Shown here piece by piece: positions 25,001-37,432 of a stretch of DNA of 40,555 nucleotides. The DNA is from Moniliella sp. 'wahieum'. Lineage: Eukaryota. The stretch lies in contig RSEE01000129.1 of NCBI GenBank assembly GCA_003971905.1, positions 124,001-164,555 on the forward strand. The letters are read 5' to 3'. The stretch's first letter is position 1; every line of letters begins with the position of its first letter. Under the pieces are notes generated by a model. It saw only the letters and a list, made by a program, of their open reading frames with translations. It made no database searches and was not told where the DNA came from. The position numbers and the translations under genes were made by a program.

Positions 25001-25915
25001 CTTCTAGCAGCTTTGAAAGAAGAGAATTGACGTGGGGGTTCTCTCGGGCGAGACCGACCAAGGCACACGGGGGGGTCAGGAACTTGGGTGGAGAGTACCA
25101 CTGGTGCCTCCAGCAGGCAAACCGAGGGACCAAAAGGGAGATGGTGGGAGTTTAATATGCAATCGAGCCAATAGTGAGACCAAAGAACACGGGACGCGAG
25201 CACCCCTCGACAGGTCAACTTCACCGGAGATAAGAGCTCACAGGAGCACCACACGCGCCTGCCTTCCGCATATGTGGTGGTACACACTTTCGTTTTCCCT
25301 CCTATCTTCCAAGCATGACCGTGTGACGCGGCGCCACGGGGCTAAGGCGGGCGGCCGAGCCTGGTGGCCGAAGCTTTGCTCCCACCCCAGCCCCTTTTTT
25401 CCCGATTCTTATTCCCCACAACGCCATCCGACACTCGCTTGCCATATCTCCCCTTCATCCATCATCGACCATCCTTCCTTCCCCCGCCTCACATAGTGTG
25501 AATACTATCCTCTCACGTTGTATATCGGTGCCCAGCTCTCCCCTTTGTTCCTTGTGTATGCCACCAAAAGATAGTATAGACGTCTTTCCCCGTGCAATCC
25601 CCCGGCGTCCAGTGGGGTGGCTTGCTTGCCCGGGTGGAGTGTGCGCACGGACACCCACGTCAAGCTTCAAGCGTTAAGCTTCAAGGCCCGTAGCGTCGAT
25701 CGCATACGAGGTATGCACCTTTCTGTGTGTCTGTGGCCGACTCACACGGTACCCCGCGTGGGACTGGGAGGTTGTAGCGAGTGACGTCATGTCACGTGGG
25801 GCAGCCTTGACGCCACGGGGCCCTGCCTTTTGTACCCCCACACCCATCTGCTGCCTGGCAGGGCTGCGTCCCTCTTGGCACCACTGATGCGGCCTCTTCC
25901 CTCTGCCGCCGCCGG

Positions 25916-28817
25916 GTGCTCAGTCGACCCCATCGGTTTGCATGCGCAGCCCGACATGCTCCCCGTCGCCCCCATCCCACACGCCATGCTTCCTCTTCCT
26001 CTTCCTCTTCCGTCGCCGCCGCCAAGCCCAAATCCCACCAGCTTGGGCCCTACCCAGCCCCTCATCCCGACGTGTTTGCGCATGCCGAGCAAGACGAGTA
26101 CTACTCGGACGGAAGCTCCTATGTCCTGTCCAGCGGCGGCGAAGACGACGAGGAGGACCCAGATCAGAACCCGTCCCTTACTCGCCAGCTTGCCGAGACC
26201 GCGGTCGGTGTGCGCGAGATGAGCAAGCAGCTGGGCCGGGCCCGGGTCAAGAGCAAAATCGAGAGTGTCCTCATCATCACCAAGGCACGCGACAACCAAC
26301 TCATCACTTACACCCGCCAACTCGCGCTTTGGCTCATGCTGAGCGAACGTTCCCGTGGGCGGGGACTGATCGTCTATGTAGACCAGCAATTGCAGCGATC
26401 CAAACGGTTTGACCCAGACGGCATCAAGCGCGACTACCCGCATCTGTTCCAGCCGATTGCACATCGCGCCGAGCGCCGCTCTTCAGCCGGTACGCCCACC
26501 GACCCCGATCCCGTCCCTTATGCGGGCCAGCTGCGGTACTGGACGCCCGACTTGTGCACCGAACAACCCGAGCTTATCGATTTTGTTGTCACGCTGGGTG
26601 GGGATGGGACGGTCCTGTTTGCCTCGTGGCTGTTCCAGCGGATCGTACCTCCCGTCTTGCCATTCTCGTTGGGCTCGCTTGGTTTCTTGACCAATTTTGA
26701 GTTTGGCCAATTCAAAAAGGTGATGGAGTCCGTCCTGGACGATGGGATCCGGGTCAATATGCGGATGCGCTTCACGGCAACCGTTTATGTACGTTCCCCT
26801 TTGCCTGTTCTTCGTTGGCTTGGTTCTCCAAACCTAATGTTCCCCTTCAGTCAGTACTGACCACAGAATGGGCACTTTTCAGCGTGTGGTGCGGGACAAG
26901 GAGAATGAAGCGGAGCGTCAATGTGCGATCAAGTGCGGCAAGACGGGTGCGATCTACATGAAGGAAATGGCGCGCGGGGCATGGCAGACGATTGAGAACG
27001 ACAAGCATGAGCATTGCACCTCCAACAAACGCACCAGTCCCGATTCGCAGCAAGGCGATGGCTGTCCGGCCATGGACAAGGAGGTCAAATGCTTTACCAC
27101 CCGCCCTCATGAGACGTTTGAGGTGTTGAATGATTTGGTTGTTGACAGGGGCCCTAGTCCGTTTGTTACGCTGCTCGAGATTTTCGGCAATGAGCATCAC
27201 ATGACAACAGTGCAGGCGGATGGGATCTGCATTGCTACCCCAACAGGTTCCACTGCCTACTCGCTTGCGGCTGGTGGTTCGCTCGCCCACCCCGAGATCC
27301 CGGCCATCCTCATCACGCCCATTTGCCCGCACACGCTTCTTTCCGACCCATGCTCTTGCCCGACAGCATGAACGTTCGCATCGTGGTCCCGTACAACTCG
27401 CGGAGTACTGCCTGGGCCAGCTTTGATGGCCGTGGCCGGGTGGAGCTCAAGCCCGGCGATCATATCAAAGTCACAGCCTCCAGCTATCCGTTTCCCACTG
27501 TATGCCGCGAAAACCAATCGGTCGATTGGTTCCGTGCCATCTCCTCCACCCTCAAGTGGAACGAACGGCAAAGACAAAAATCGTTTGTTGTTCTCGAAGA
27601 CGACGAAGAGGAAGACGAGTTGCAGGAAAAGGACATTCCGTCTCCGTCAGGACAAGAACGAGGCACGCTTCAGTCGCCGTCTTCCCCACCACAACTGGAC
27701 GCGTCTTCCCAATCCCTTGTCCCCCTACAACATACCGTTCATAACAATAACCTTGTTGCCGATTCCGCATCGTCCGCCCCTTCAGGCCCCAATGTCCCTC
27801 GTGCTTCAGAACGGTCTTCACCTCCATCTCCACAACGCAGGGGAGCGAACCAATCATCGGGTTTAAGCTCAAGGGGTGAAGCTTCGTATGATATTGAAGA
27901 GCGCACCCGTCCCGTCACCCCGTGCGAAAGCGTCCCTCCATCCGCTTCTTCCGCCCCAGTACCTTCAAGTGGGGAAATGAGACGGTCGCAATCGGGAAAA
28001 CAGCGCAAGACTGAAGCGCTGCCTCGTTTGCCTCTTTCGCATTTGACTCGTACCCACGCGCCTAAAGGGATGCGAATGAGCTCCTTGCGCTCACCCGCGC
28101 CCCGTTCTCGTTTGGCCTCCCGGTCTGTTCCGGGAAGTGGTGCCCATACACCGGTAAGCGCCTCGGGCAGTAATCTCCCCATGTCTCTATCCACCAGCCG
28201 CGCTCGCTCCCTTCCCCGTCCAACCTTGGCGCACAGCCGACCGCAACAGAGGACTTCCGTGATGAACTGCCGCCTGGAAAGGCGGAGTTACACCCCCATG
28301 CTGAGGACGAAATGGACCAGGACAGGGCCTCAGGTTTGCAGGGCAGCGACGCACCTGCTTCCTGGGCGAACGAGGGCGAGGAACGGAAGAGCGACAGTCC
28401 TCCGCTCTCGTACAGTCCTGACCGGTACGGAAGTCCCGGTCCACCCAAGCCGCCTATCGCGGTCTCGCAACGCCACATGTTAACCGCTGGATTCCGTCAG
28501 CCGTCCCTTACCACGCCCCTTTCGCCCGAGAGGAGCCATCCCCGACGGCGCCAAAGTAGTGTTGCCGTCGAGTTGGCCGCGAGTGCCAACGCAGCGCGGC
28601 AAACTGCGGCGGACCGACGCGCCTCGATCGTGGCGGGCATCCTGGTGGATCATATGATAGCCAGCTCACAACACCCCATCCTCCCCCCGACCCTGGTCGC
28701 GGTGGGCTCAGACGGAGCAAAACGGCTCTTGTGGTCTATGGTGATGACGACTCGGATTCGGAAATTGAGGAGGAACCAAGAAGGGGACATGTTGCCTATT
28801 CCCGCCATGTCCTTTAG
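25916..28817 (+). CDS. ATP-NAD(H) kinase (Utr1/Yef1 type) with a long low-complexity C-terminus; intron 26789-26882; start uncertain
   Basis: [86 protein letters not shown] and [10 protein letters not shown]. Intron GTACGT..CTGAC..CAG joins TVY to RVV in frame. Confidence 0.93.
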
Positions 28818-28998
28818 TTTCCTTCCTCGGATCCATTCCTTCTTCCCAGTCCTCTAGTGTCCTTTACGACCCTCTGTAGGAACCAGTCGGATCAATAGGA
28901 CTGAGCGACTTCAGAGCATAGTGGACGCGAACATATAGTCTGCAGTGGGGACTCCATGGACCATGAATGGACTACATCTTCATCATAGCTTCGCACGG

Positions 28999-30391
28999 TC
29001 AAATGTCTCGCACTGCCGCCGCGCCCGCACTGCGGTACCACTTCACTTTGCCTTCGTCACCCGCGACGAGGAAGCGGCGGGAGATGGGCCCGGTGCCACT
29101 AGCTGCGCCGGCCAAGACGGCCGCCTCGGGTTCGAGAGCGGGTTCAGGGAGCCATTGGATACACCAGAGCGGGGCATCTTCGAACGCAGTGCACACTACC
29201 GCCTTTGGTGACGCTGCTAGGTCCCACAACTTGGCTGTTCCATCCGCCGAAGCCGATGCAACAACCCGTCCATCTTGGCGTGCAGAGAGGCAGGTGGCCA
29301 TCTTGGTGTGGCCCTGCAACATGGCTACCGTATTGTCCGAGGCTTCCGTGCCACGTTCCAGCAACGCCAGTGCATCGTGCACTGTGATTGTCGTATCCTC
29401 CGCACCGATCAGAGGTGGTCCACTTGCACCGCAGTGGGCTGGGTCGCGCCCAACAAGCTCTGCGCCGAGGGAAGGAGGGACCAGGCGAGAGCGCGAACAG
29501 GGGAGGCGTGGTTACTAAATGATGCAACCAGTCCCCCGTCTTTCACGGCATACACCACCACTTGGCCCGAATCGCTCCCGACAGCGAGCAAGTCACCGTC
29601 GGGAGAAAACGAGAGGGTCATCCCCCACCCATGTTTGCCCAGTGCCCCAAGGGCACCCGAGGCTGCCGTAGAGGTACTGGGCAGCAGGCGCGGACGCAGC
29701 ACCTGGCTCGCACGGAACCGCCGCACAGGTTCTAGCAGATCTGTTGCTTTTTTTCCCCGTGGTCCGGCGGCGTGAACAGCATCAAGGTAGGTCTGGCCAA
29801 TGTGGTACAGGGCGCCGGTGGCGGTATTGCCCGTGGTGGCGACCAGGGGCTGGGTGGGATGCAGGGTGGCAACGTACGAGTCTAGCAGAGCATGCTGTTG
29901 CGTCAGTGCTGTCGTGCTCCACGCTGCACCAAAGGGTGCGGGGGTGGGGGGAGCAACGTACCTATTGGAAAGTGCTTGCCTTCGCCTGGGAAGGCCAGGG
30001 GGGCGACCGAGGGCGCAAAGGCGACGCATTCAATCGCGGCTTCTTGCGCAAAGTCAGGCGGGGGCAATGGGTCGTCGGTGGACGCAGACTGGGGCTGGGG
30101 CACAGGCACACGACGTTGGCGCGCAAAAGTCGGCCATCGACCACAGCGCCACCGACCCATCCATCGAAGAGGACAGCACCGCGCCCAGTCGTTCCGACAC
30201 ACACAGCGCGGTGACTGCGGCGCGATGGGGCTGTGGACGCGGCCCAATGAGGCGCCCGACACGGCGTCCCAAGCGCGCACGGAGCCATCAGCGGCGCCAG
30301 ACCAGACGACGTCGCGCGTGGCGGCGAGGGCGTAGATGGGCGCCGAGTGGGCCTCGGGCGACGCAAAGTCGAGCAGAAACTGAAGCGACAT
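28999..30391 (-). CDS. WD40 repeat protein, probably Ski8/Rec14/WDR61-like; frameshifted
   Basis: MSLQFLLDFASPEAHSAPIYALA..SGAADGSVRAWD, SSSMDGSVALW, LSFSPDGDLLAVGSDSG, HASPVRALAWS, LQGH..VASASADGTAKLWD and AGDEGKVKWYRSAG. The WD40 fold is clear; Ski8 orthology is inferred. Confidence 0.75.
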
Positions 30392-30851
30392 GGGCAGCGT
30401 CCCGGCGGTCGCTGGCAGCCTTCCCAGCGTCCCGACACCGCCCGCCCGACGGAGGGAGCACCAGCCCGCCGTTTGAAATTGGAGGTGGGCCATGGCCACC
30501 CGGGCGGAATGGCACAGGGCCGTTCCGCCTGCGCCACACTTAGACGCAGTGCTACCCCAGGCTAGCAGCCAGCAGCCCTGGGCTCGGCCACCCCTTTCAA
30601 CCGGTGGAGAGTTCTGCAGCCAGGTCATACAGACACTGTTGGTGCAGATGTAGTATCCCCTCGCTGGTGGGCCATCATCGCTCGCCCACCTGGCCATCGG
30701 CTATCATTCTTGCTTTTCTCCCGGCCCTTCCGACCCTCTACGACCACAGTAACGCATGTTGCGCTGCATGGCGTGCTTATTATCTTGATTCTTCGAATTG
30801 CTTCCCCCTCCCCCCAATGCGCATACTCTCTCGCAACCTCCACGCCAGTGG

Positions 30852-32468
30852 TTATGTGCCTCGCATAGGCACTGCCTCGCCATCTTCGCCATCCTCAAAC
30901 GCATTCTCATCCAGCTGCTGCTGACTTGGCGCCCGTGTCAGGCCTGCCACCACCCGATTGGCTGCCCGATCGGCTGCTCGGCCGCGACAAGCGTAGGAAA
31001 CTGAAACGGCTCTTACTCTTGCTCCGCTTGACCCCCCGCCAGTGTCGCCCCCCGACACGAGGTTGGCCAAGCCACTCAGCACACCGCTCGATGCTTTGGA
31101 CGCAACACCGGAGCCAGCCTCCGAGTCACCCAGCTCATGTCCTTCCACCGTAGGACGGGCCATGGCCATCGAAGGTCGTCCCGACCTAGGTTCCGATACC
31201 GAGGACGCCTACTGCCCGCTGGTGTCTGAGCTCGCGAGACGGACGTGGAAGGACCGGCGAGCTCGCGGCCACAGAAGCTGGCACAGGAGCGGCTTCTGCG
31301 GGTGTCTTACCTTCCGCTTCTACGGCAGCGGGAGCAGGTTCCTCCTCCTCGTCCGACGTTTCGTCGTCGTCGTCAGATGACTCCAGCTCGTGGCGGTCGC
31401 GTCCTTGGCGTTGCACATGAACCAAACGGGTGGTGCGACCCGGTCTGGTCAGATGGGGCAGATGGTCCCGACCGTAATTTTGCCGCAGGCCAGCAATTAA
31501 GTTGGTCGAGTCGTCGTGCTCGTTGACAAGCCACGGATGCTCCAGGGCTTGCTTGGCCGTCAAGCGCTTGGTCCATCAATGGTGAGGCACAAACGGATAA
31601 AGTCGCGCGCGTCGAGACTGACTTTGCCCCAGTACTTTTCGTCAAAGCCGGCTGCATGCTCGAGCTGATCTTGGCGCAGTGCTTTGGGTGTGATGCCCTT
31701 GAAAGGCGGATAGCCTGTAATCATCACATACGCCACCACCCCCACGCTCCAGAGGTCCACCTCGGCACCGTATTGGCTGTCGCCCAACACCTCGGGTGCA
31801 GCATAGGCAAACGACCCAGCCAGCGACGACATGAGTTCGCCCTTGGTGTTGAGGCCTGGGCCACCCCAAAGTCAACCAGCACAATTTGGGCGTCCTCGGC
31901 CTTGGAACGGTAGAGGATATTATCAGGCTTAATGTCACGGTGGACAATGTTGCGCTCATGCAGGTACTCAACCGCGCTCACCAGACACCGAATGTCCTGG
32001 ACGACCTGGGCCTCGGTCAGCATCCCTGAATGGATCAGACGGTCAAGCATCGACCACGGTGGCCTCCTCCATAACCATGTAGAACTGGGAGCAAACAAGG
32101 GGGTCAGCAGGGATGAGCACTGCGGCGCGGCAGGGAGGCGTGGATAGCACCGCACCGCAAATGCAATGCCCGCAATCCAATGCAACGGGACCTACCTTGT
32201 CTTTGCTTTCAAAGTCATCATAGAGCTTGATGATGTTGGGTGATCGCACTGTTTGAGCACCTGTAACTCCTGTTCCACCAGATGGAGGTTGTCGCGCAGC
32301 AACCGTTTGGCGATAACCTTGATGGCCACCCCCATTGGAGGGTCATGTGCTTTCCAGTAGGCATGGCGGACAATACCAAACGTACCCTCGCCGAGGATGG
32401 GGCCCATGCGATACTGGCGACGCTTGTGGAACGACTCGGGCTGGCCGAGGAGCTGGGAGGTGCACCAT
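30852..32468 (-). CDS. Ca2+/calmodulin-dependent-type protein kinase (Cmk1/CmkA family); intron 32085-32195; frameshifted
   Basis: LLGQPESFHKRRQY N-terminus after frame correction, LGEGTFGIV, VAIKVI, FESKDK|FYMVME, HRDIKPDN, DFGVA, GSFAYAAPE, DLWSVG and TAKQALEHPW, followed by an acidic/Ser-rich tail. Confidence 0.88.
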
Positions 32469-33695
32469 TCCGACGGGGACGGTCAGGCAGCGGGGGTGGG
32501 GGCGGAGGCGACAAGGGGCAGGCGAGGGGGTGGGGGGGCAAAAGAAGAAGGCGGGAAGGCGGCTCTGTCGAACGGGGCGGGACGCGTGAACAGCGGCCTG
32601 GGATTGAAGGCCTGCGGTACGTTGATAATCTGGTCGTTGATGCATGTTGGACGTTGAACGTTCAGTTGAACGTTGAAGATCGAGATCAGGACGCCGCAGC
32701 GGCCGAGGGAGTTCGATCGATCATCGACCAGCCGACCCCAGCAGGGGACAGCACGGGCGCAGCCAAGGTGACGCGTGACGTGACGGCCACTCAGTACACG
32801 GACTGAGTCACCCAGTTGCTCCGACACGCAGACAGGTTCGAGTATTGAGCGAGACACGCGGCCCATGCACACCCTCCCTCGGCCCGCCCTGCCCGAGCCC
32901 GTCGGGAGCTGCTGAGAGCCCAGGCTGAGCAGGGCCAGATGACCAAGACAACAGGCATCCGTGCGTTTCTGACTTGAATGATGACCATGAGGACATTGGA
33001 ATGACGCAGGTCTCGCATCGACCGAGGCACATCTATGCTGTACCCGGACAGGCAGCTCTCCTCGTGGAGCATCGGGATGAATATGTAGTTGTGAGATGCT
33101 TCGTATGCAGCTTCAGCTATCTTCAGCGCACAAACTTGACTGACTCCGCCTATTCTTGACCGTGGCCATGCGTCCGACAGCCCACATGCGATGCATCATC
33201 AGCCGATGGTTTGTAAACAAAAAACCCGAGTTGATACTGCTTAGAGCATTCTCTTTGTTATCGGCTGGTGTGGGCGCAGCGATGCAAGCTTCTTACCCGC
33301 ACGTGGAAGGACGTCCAACCAATCCGAGCTTCCCGGCCTGGACACGCCACAGGGAGAGGCGTCCGCCTGGGCGTCCATGATGCTGGTTAATGCATACGAC
33401 AGCACCCATTGCAACGCTATATATACCCAGCACCAGCCTCTTCATGGCTGCATCATGCATCATGCATCGTACACGATGATAGGCTGCTCTGGTGCCGCAT
33501 GGGGTGCAAGGGCACGGGGCGATTGGTCCAAACCACGTGACCGCGAAATACACGGTTCCGCTCCTGCGGCCGTTCCGCTTCCGGCCTGCCGTCTTCGGGC
33601 GGCGGCAGCTTTGCGGGTGATGGGTTGTTGGTCGCCAGGCGCGTCGACGAGCCTGCGTCGGTCTGCCCTACCTACCGCCTCCCGCTTCGCTCGCC

Positions 33696-34408
33696 ATGCC
33701 GCCAACCAAGCCCAAGGGCGGCCGCATGATGGCCCTCATCAACTACCGTCTCAAGGTCACCCTCACCGACGGCCGCTCCCTCGTCGGCCAGCTCCTGCCT
33801 TTGACAGCCATGAACCTTGTTCTTGCCGAGACGGATGAATTCCGCACGCTCAAGCGTGCCGCCCGCAAGGCCGCTGCCGCTGCCAAGTCCTCCGCCGCCG
33901 CCGCGCTTGAGGACGACAAGGACTCTGACGACGACGACCAGGTCCATGTCCCTATCCCGGAGCAGAAGCGTACGCTTGGTCTCATCATTCTCCGTGGCGA
34001 AGGCATCATCTCGCTTCAGGTCGTCGCGCCTCCGCCGGCCGACAAGCTTCCCGTCCCGCCTGCCATGGTGCCTGGCCCAGGCCAAGGGTTGCCAGCTGGC
34101 CGCGGAATGGGCATGCCCCCCATGCCTGCTGCTGTGCCTCCTGGTATGGCCGGTCGTCCCGTCCCCTATGGCCCGCCGCCGGGATGAGCCTCCTGCTGGC
34201 CGCCGCCTGGCATGCCCTTTGGTCCCCCCGGCATGGCTGGTCGACCCCCCACTGGCCCGCCACCGGGGTTCCTGCGCCCCCTGGATTCCCTCCGGCTGGC
34301 TCCGTCCTGGGTACGCCCCCCTCCCCCCCGTTCGTTATTCGTTACCTCCTCCCCCACTGACGTTTGCGTTTGCGTTTGCGTTGCAGATTTGGCATGCCGC
34401 CGCAATAA
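33696..34408 (+). CDS. SMB1: Small nuclear ribonucleoprotein SmB; intron 34311-34386
   Basis: Sm1 motif INYRLKVTLTDGRSLVGQL..MNLVLAETDEFR, Sm2 motif KRTLGLIILRGEGIISL and a Pro/Gly/Met-rich tail. Intron GTACGC..CTGAC..CAG; last exon GFGMPPQ*. Confidence 0.93.
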
Positions 34409-34845
34409 GCTATCGGTGCACCCATGCCCCGACTGTCCCCCTTCGAATGTTATGACCCTGTCGGCTCAACGCTCAACTCGGAGATAGGCATGCTGTTCTT
34501 GGCCTGCCTGGGTGGGCAAGGCACGTCGCTATAGTTACTAGTTACTAGTCAGTCGCCCGTTGGGCCTGTCATAGCCTTCGCGTTGCACTCGCCATGCGTG
34601 CCGACCGCGGCGGGAATTGCAAATCGAAGGAGGTCAAGCTTCGAGCCGCTCATGGAAAGGGGCGGCGGGTCCAAGCCATTTAATAATCCGGTTTACCGCT
34701 ACCCCTTCTAACATTCAGTACTGAGACTCAGTACTCAGTGCTGGCCTGTCTCTCTTCCCCCTCCGCCCCCTCTTTCCTAAGCTTGAGCTTGAGCTTGAGC
34801 TTCCTCACCCGTGTCACCTTGTCACCTGCTACCCACGCGAGGACG

Positions 34846-35569
34846 ATGCTGGCGGATGAAGCCGAGTTTGCGGCCGCGTGCCAAGTGTACCTTAGCTCCT
34901 TGCGCGCCCCTGCCCGCGCCCCGCTCGGTCTGCATACCTACGCCCAAGGATGGCGATGGAAACACGTCGAGCGGCCGTACCGAGCGCCGACGGGCTACCT
35001 CGTTCGCACGCTCGAGCTTCCTTGGCCCCAGGAGGACGACCAGGGAGCTCTCCCCCCTGATGAAGCCACTGCAGTGCAGGAAGGAGGATGAAGCTCGTTC
35101 GCACATACCAACGGGACGTGGGGTACAGGTCACTCACTCCATCGTCTTTTCTCCCCATGGCGCGTTCCAGTCCTCTACTTCACGCCTCGACTCACGGTAC
35201 GTCCATTCTGTCGCGCCCAAGCTATCGCCTGCCGTGTCTTGCTGGTTCACTTCGTTGACTCTCCCCCCCCCCCCCCGCCTGCTGCCTAGATGGGGAGACC
35301 GAGCGACCACTGACGTTGGAGGAGATGCTTGCTTCCCCTGTCTTTGTTGCGCCACCCACGTTGACGACCGAGCATGAGGCATAGCTTTGCCGCCCTCTCT
35401 CAAACGGACCATCCGTTACGGGGCTGCCCTGCTTTTACCTCCACCCGTGCCAGACGGCGTGCGAATGGAAGAGTTGCTAGCACAGCTTCCGTCTGGGGCG
35501 GACACGAGCGCCTACCTACCTACGTTTTTGTCTCTGCATGCGGCTACGCTCCAGCTGCGCGCGGGCTAA
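34846..35569 (+). CDS. ATG10: Autophagy E2-like conjugating enzyme Atg10; intron about 35197-35289; frameshifted
   Basis: EFAAACQ..GWRW..GYLVR; after frame correction HSIVFSP.WRVPVLYF, LSQTDHP and catalytic FYLHPCQT (ttttacctccacccgtgccagacg); then MEELL. Confidence 0.8.
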
Positions 35570-35712
35570 CTACGCAGGCTGTTCGTCATTCCGCAAACCA
35601 GTTTTTTTTGGGAGGCGGGGGGAGGAAAAGGGGAGGGGAGGGGGAGGGGAGTACGTGGGAAACGGGCACGATACAGTAAGACAGGAAGGAAGGCATGGGG
35701 GAGTGCAGTGAC

Positions 35713-36873
35713 CTATGACTTACTACGCCGACCACCGATATCGCCCTCGTCCAGATCCGGTTTCCCGTGTGCGTGGGTGAGTAGATCCGGAGGAGACTGC
35801 TCCTCCTGCTCCTGGCCCAGCAGGTCTGGTTCGTCCGCCGAGAAGAGGACCTGGGACTCGGACGGGATGGTGCCGAGGGAGCGGGAGGGGGCACCGGACA
35901 CTTGCGCTGGGGGCGCCCGAGCGGGTAGTGCCAGCGCCAGCGGTAGGCGTGTTGGCCATTTTTTGGTCCAACGCCTTGAGTGCCATAGCTCGTCTCCGTT
36001 CCGCTTCGGCGCGCGGCGGGCCGGTGCAAATGGCGTATGCACCGCCGGGCTCGACTCGAGATCGGTGTACTCCCATGGCTGGATGATGTGCAGACGAGTA
36101 AAGATGCCATGGGCCAGGTTGCTCACGATCCCAATCGGCGTGTGGAGGAAGGGCGGGAACCAATTGACAAAGGCAAACGTTTCGCTCCGATCGCCGCGGA
36201 AACTGGCGGTATCGTTGTACTTGAAGAAACGCAGGTACACCCACGAAATTAGCCAGCCAAATTGGATTAGAATCCAAGGGCTCATCAAGCCCACCAGGCA
36301 CAGCACAGTGGAACAGGTGACATAGGCCATGGGCAGACTCTTGACTTGGAACGCAAGTCGGCCATTGAAAATCTGCACACGTGTTGTTCGGAATGATTGT
36401 GTAAAGCCGACGAGGAAGCCAGTTTGGAGCGCGGTCATGCCATGGTACTGCGTGCCGTACATGATCCACTCGGTGCGCAGCACGACAAACTGAACAATGG
36501 CCAAGAACCAAGCAATGATGTTCGACCCCACCAGCACCACCACGCAAACTTGAGCAGCTCCACCCCACCCCACAGCTCTTCAAAGTAACGCGCCATGAGG
36601 GGATGGAAACCAGAGTGAGGATGAGCTCCAGCCAGGAGGTTTCGCAAAACGACGAGGTGAGCAGCGTCCAGGGGTACCAAAAGCTCGACCCGGGCACAAT
36701 CACCAGCCAGGGGAAGGCGACCGCCGAATCGTCCTTGTGCCAGGAGATGGGGTGGACCTCTTGGAACGTCACGCGGAGCAGGAAGAGGAAGACGCTGAAG
36801 CCAACGATGGCAGCGGTCAGGCCGCGCGTGGCGGCGGCAAGTCGCTGAAGAAGGGGATCACGGGCAGGGGCAT
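35713..36873 (-). CDS. TMEM115/DUF1751 rhomboid-like Golgi membrane protein; frameshifted
   Basis: FWYPWTLLTSSFCE, hydrophobic segments, SWVYLRFFK, RGDRSETFAFVNWFPP and RAEAERRRAMALKALDQKM; start MPLPVIPFF. Confidence 0.88.
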
Positions 36874-37129
36874 GGCGGGGCGTGCCCACGGACGGGGGCA
36901 GGGGAGGGGGGACGAAGGAAGAGCCCGACGGAGGGGGAGGAGGAGCAAGGGACGACCGAGGCGGGTGGGTGGTGGGGGGCCGGGAGCGGGCGGGGCAGCA
37001 ACAGCGACTGCGCAGAGGCTGCTTGGGCTGGACGAACGGCCTGAGCGTTGGCCCTGAAGCGGGGCTGCGTGGCTTGCGCCCTGCCTCGCCCGCCGCCTTC
37101 CGATCCTGCCCCGCGGGCCAACCACACGC

Positions 37130-37179
37130 CTGACGTCAGCCGCGCCTCTGCGCGTCTACGTGGCGCTGACGTCAGCCGC
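37130..37179. promoter_or_regulatory. Duplicated CRE/bZIP-type site CTGACGTCAGCCGC upstream of TMEM115
   Basis: Identical 14-mers at 37130-37143 and 37166-37179, each containing the palindrome TGACGTCA; ACGTGGC at about 37158 and 37246. Confidence 0.5.
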
Positions 37180-37432
37180 AGCAGCCTTGCGCGCGTTTTC
37201 TTCTTGCCTCGCCTCGGAATTCTGAGTTGAGAAGGCAGAAATCAGACGTGGCGGCGGCCGAGACGCTGCCAGCTGCCACCACCACCTGCCGCCCCCCCAC
37301 CCCCCCTCCTGTATGGTATGTCTGCCCCCCCCCCCCCCCATGAGGATGATTACCTCTTCACAACAATATCCTCCGAGCCCTCTGGGCCATGTGGAATCTT
37401 TAGGTTCTGCAATACTGAACCCCTTCTTGGTT

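Noticed and set aside
22600..25300. Transposable element around the Hsp70/MBL interval
   Set aside because: No transposase or reverse transcriptase ORF, terminal inverted repeats or LTRs were recognised.
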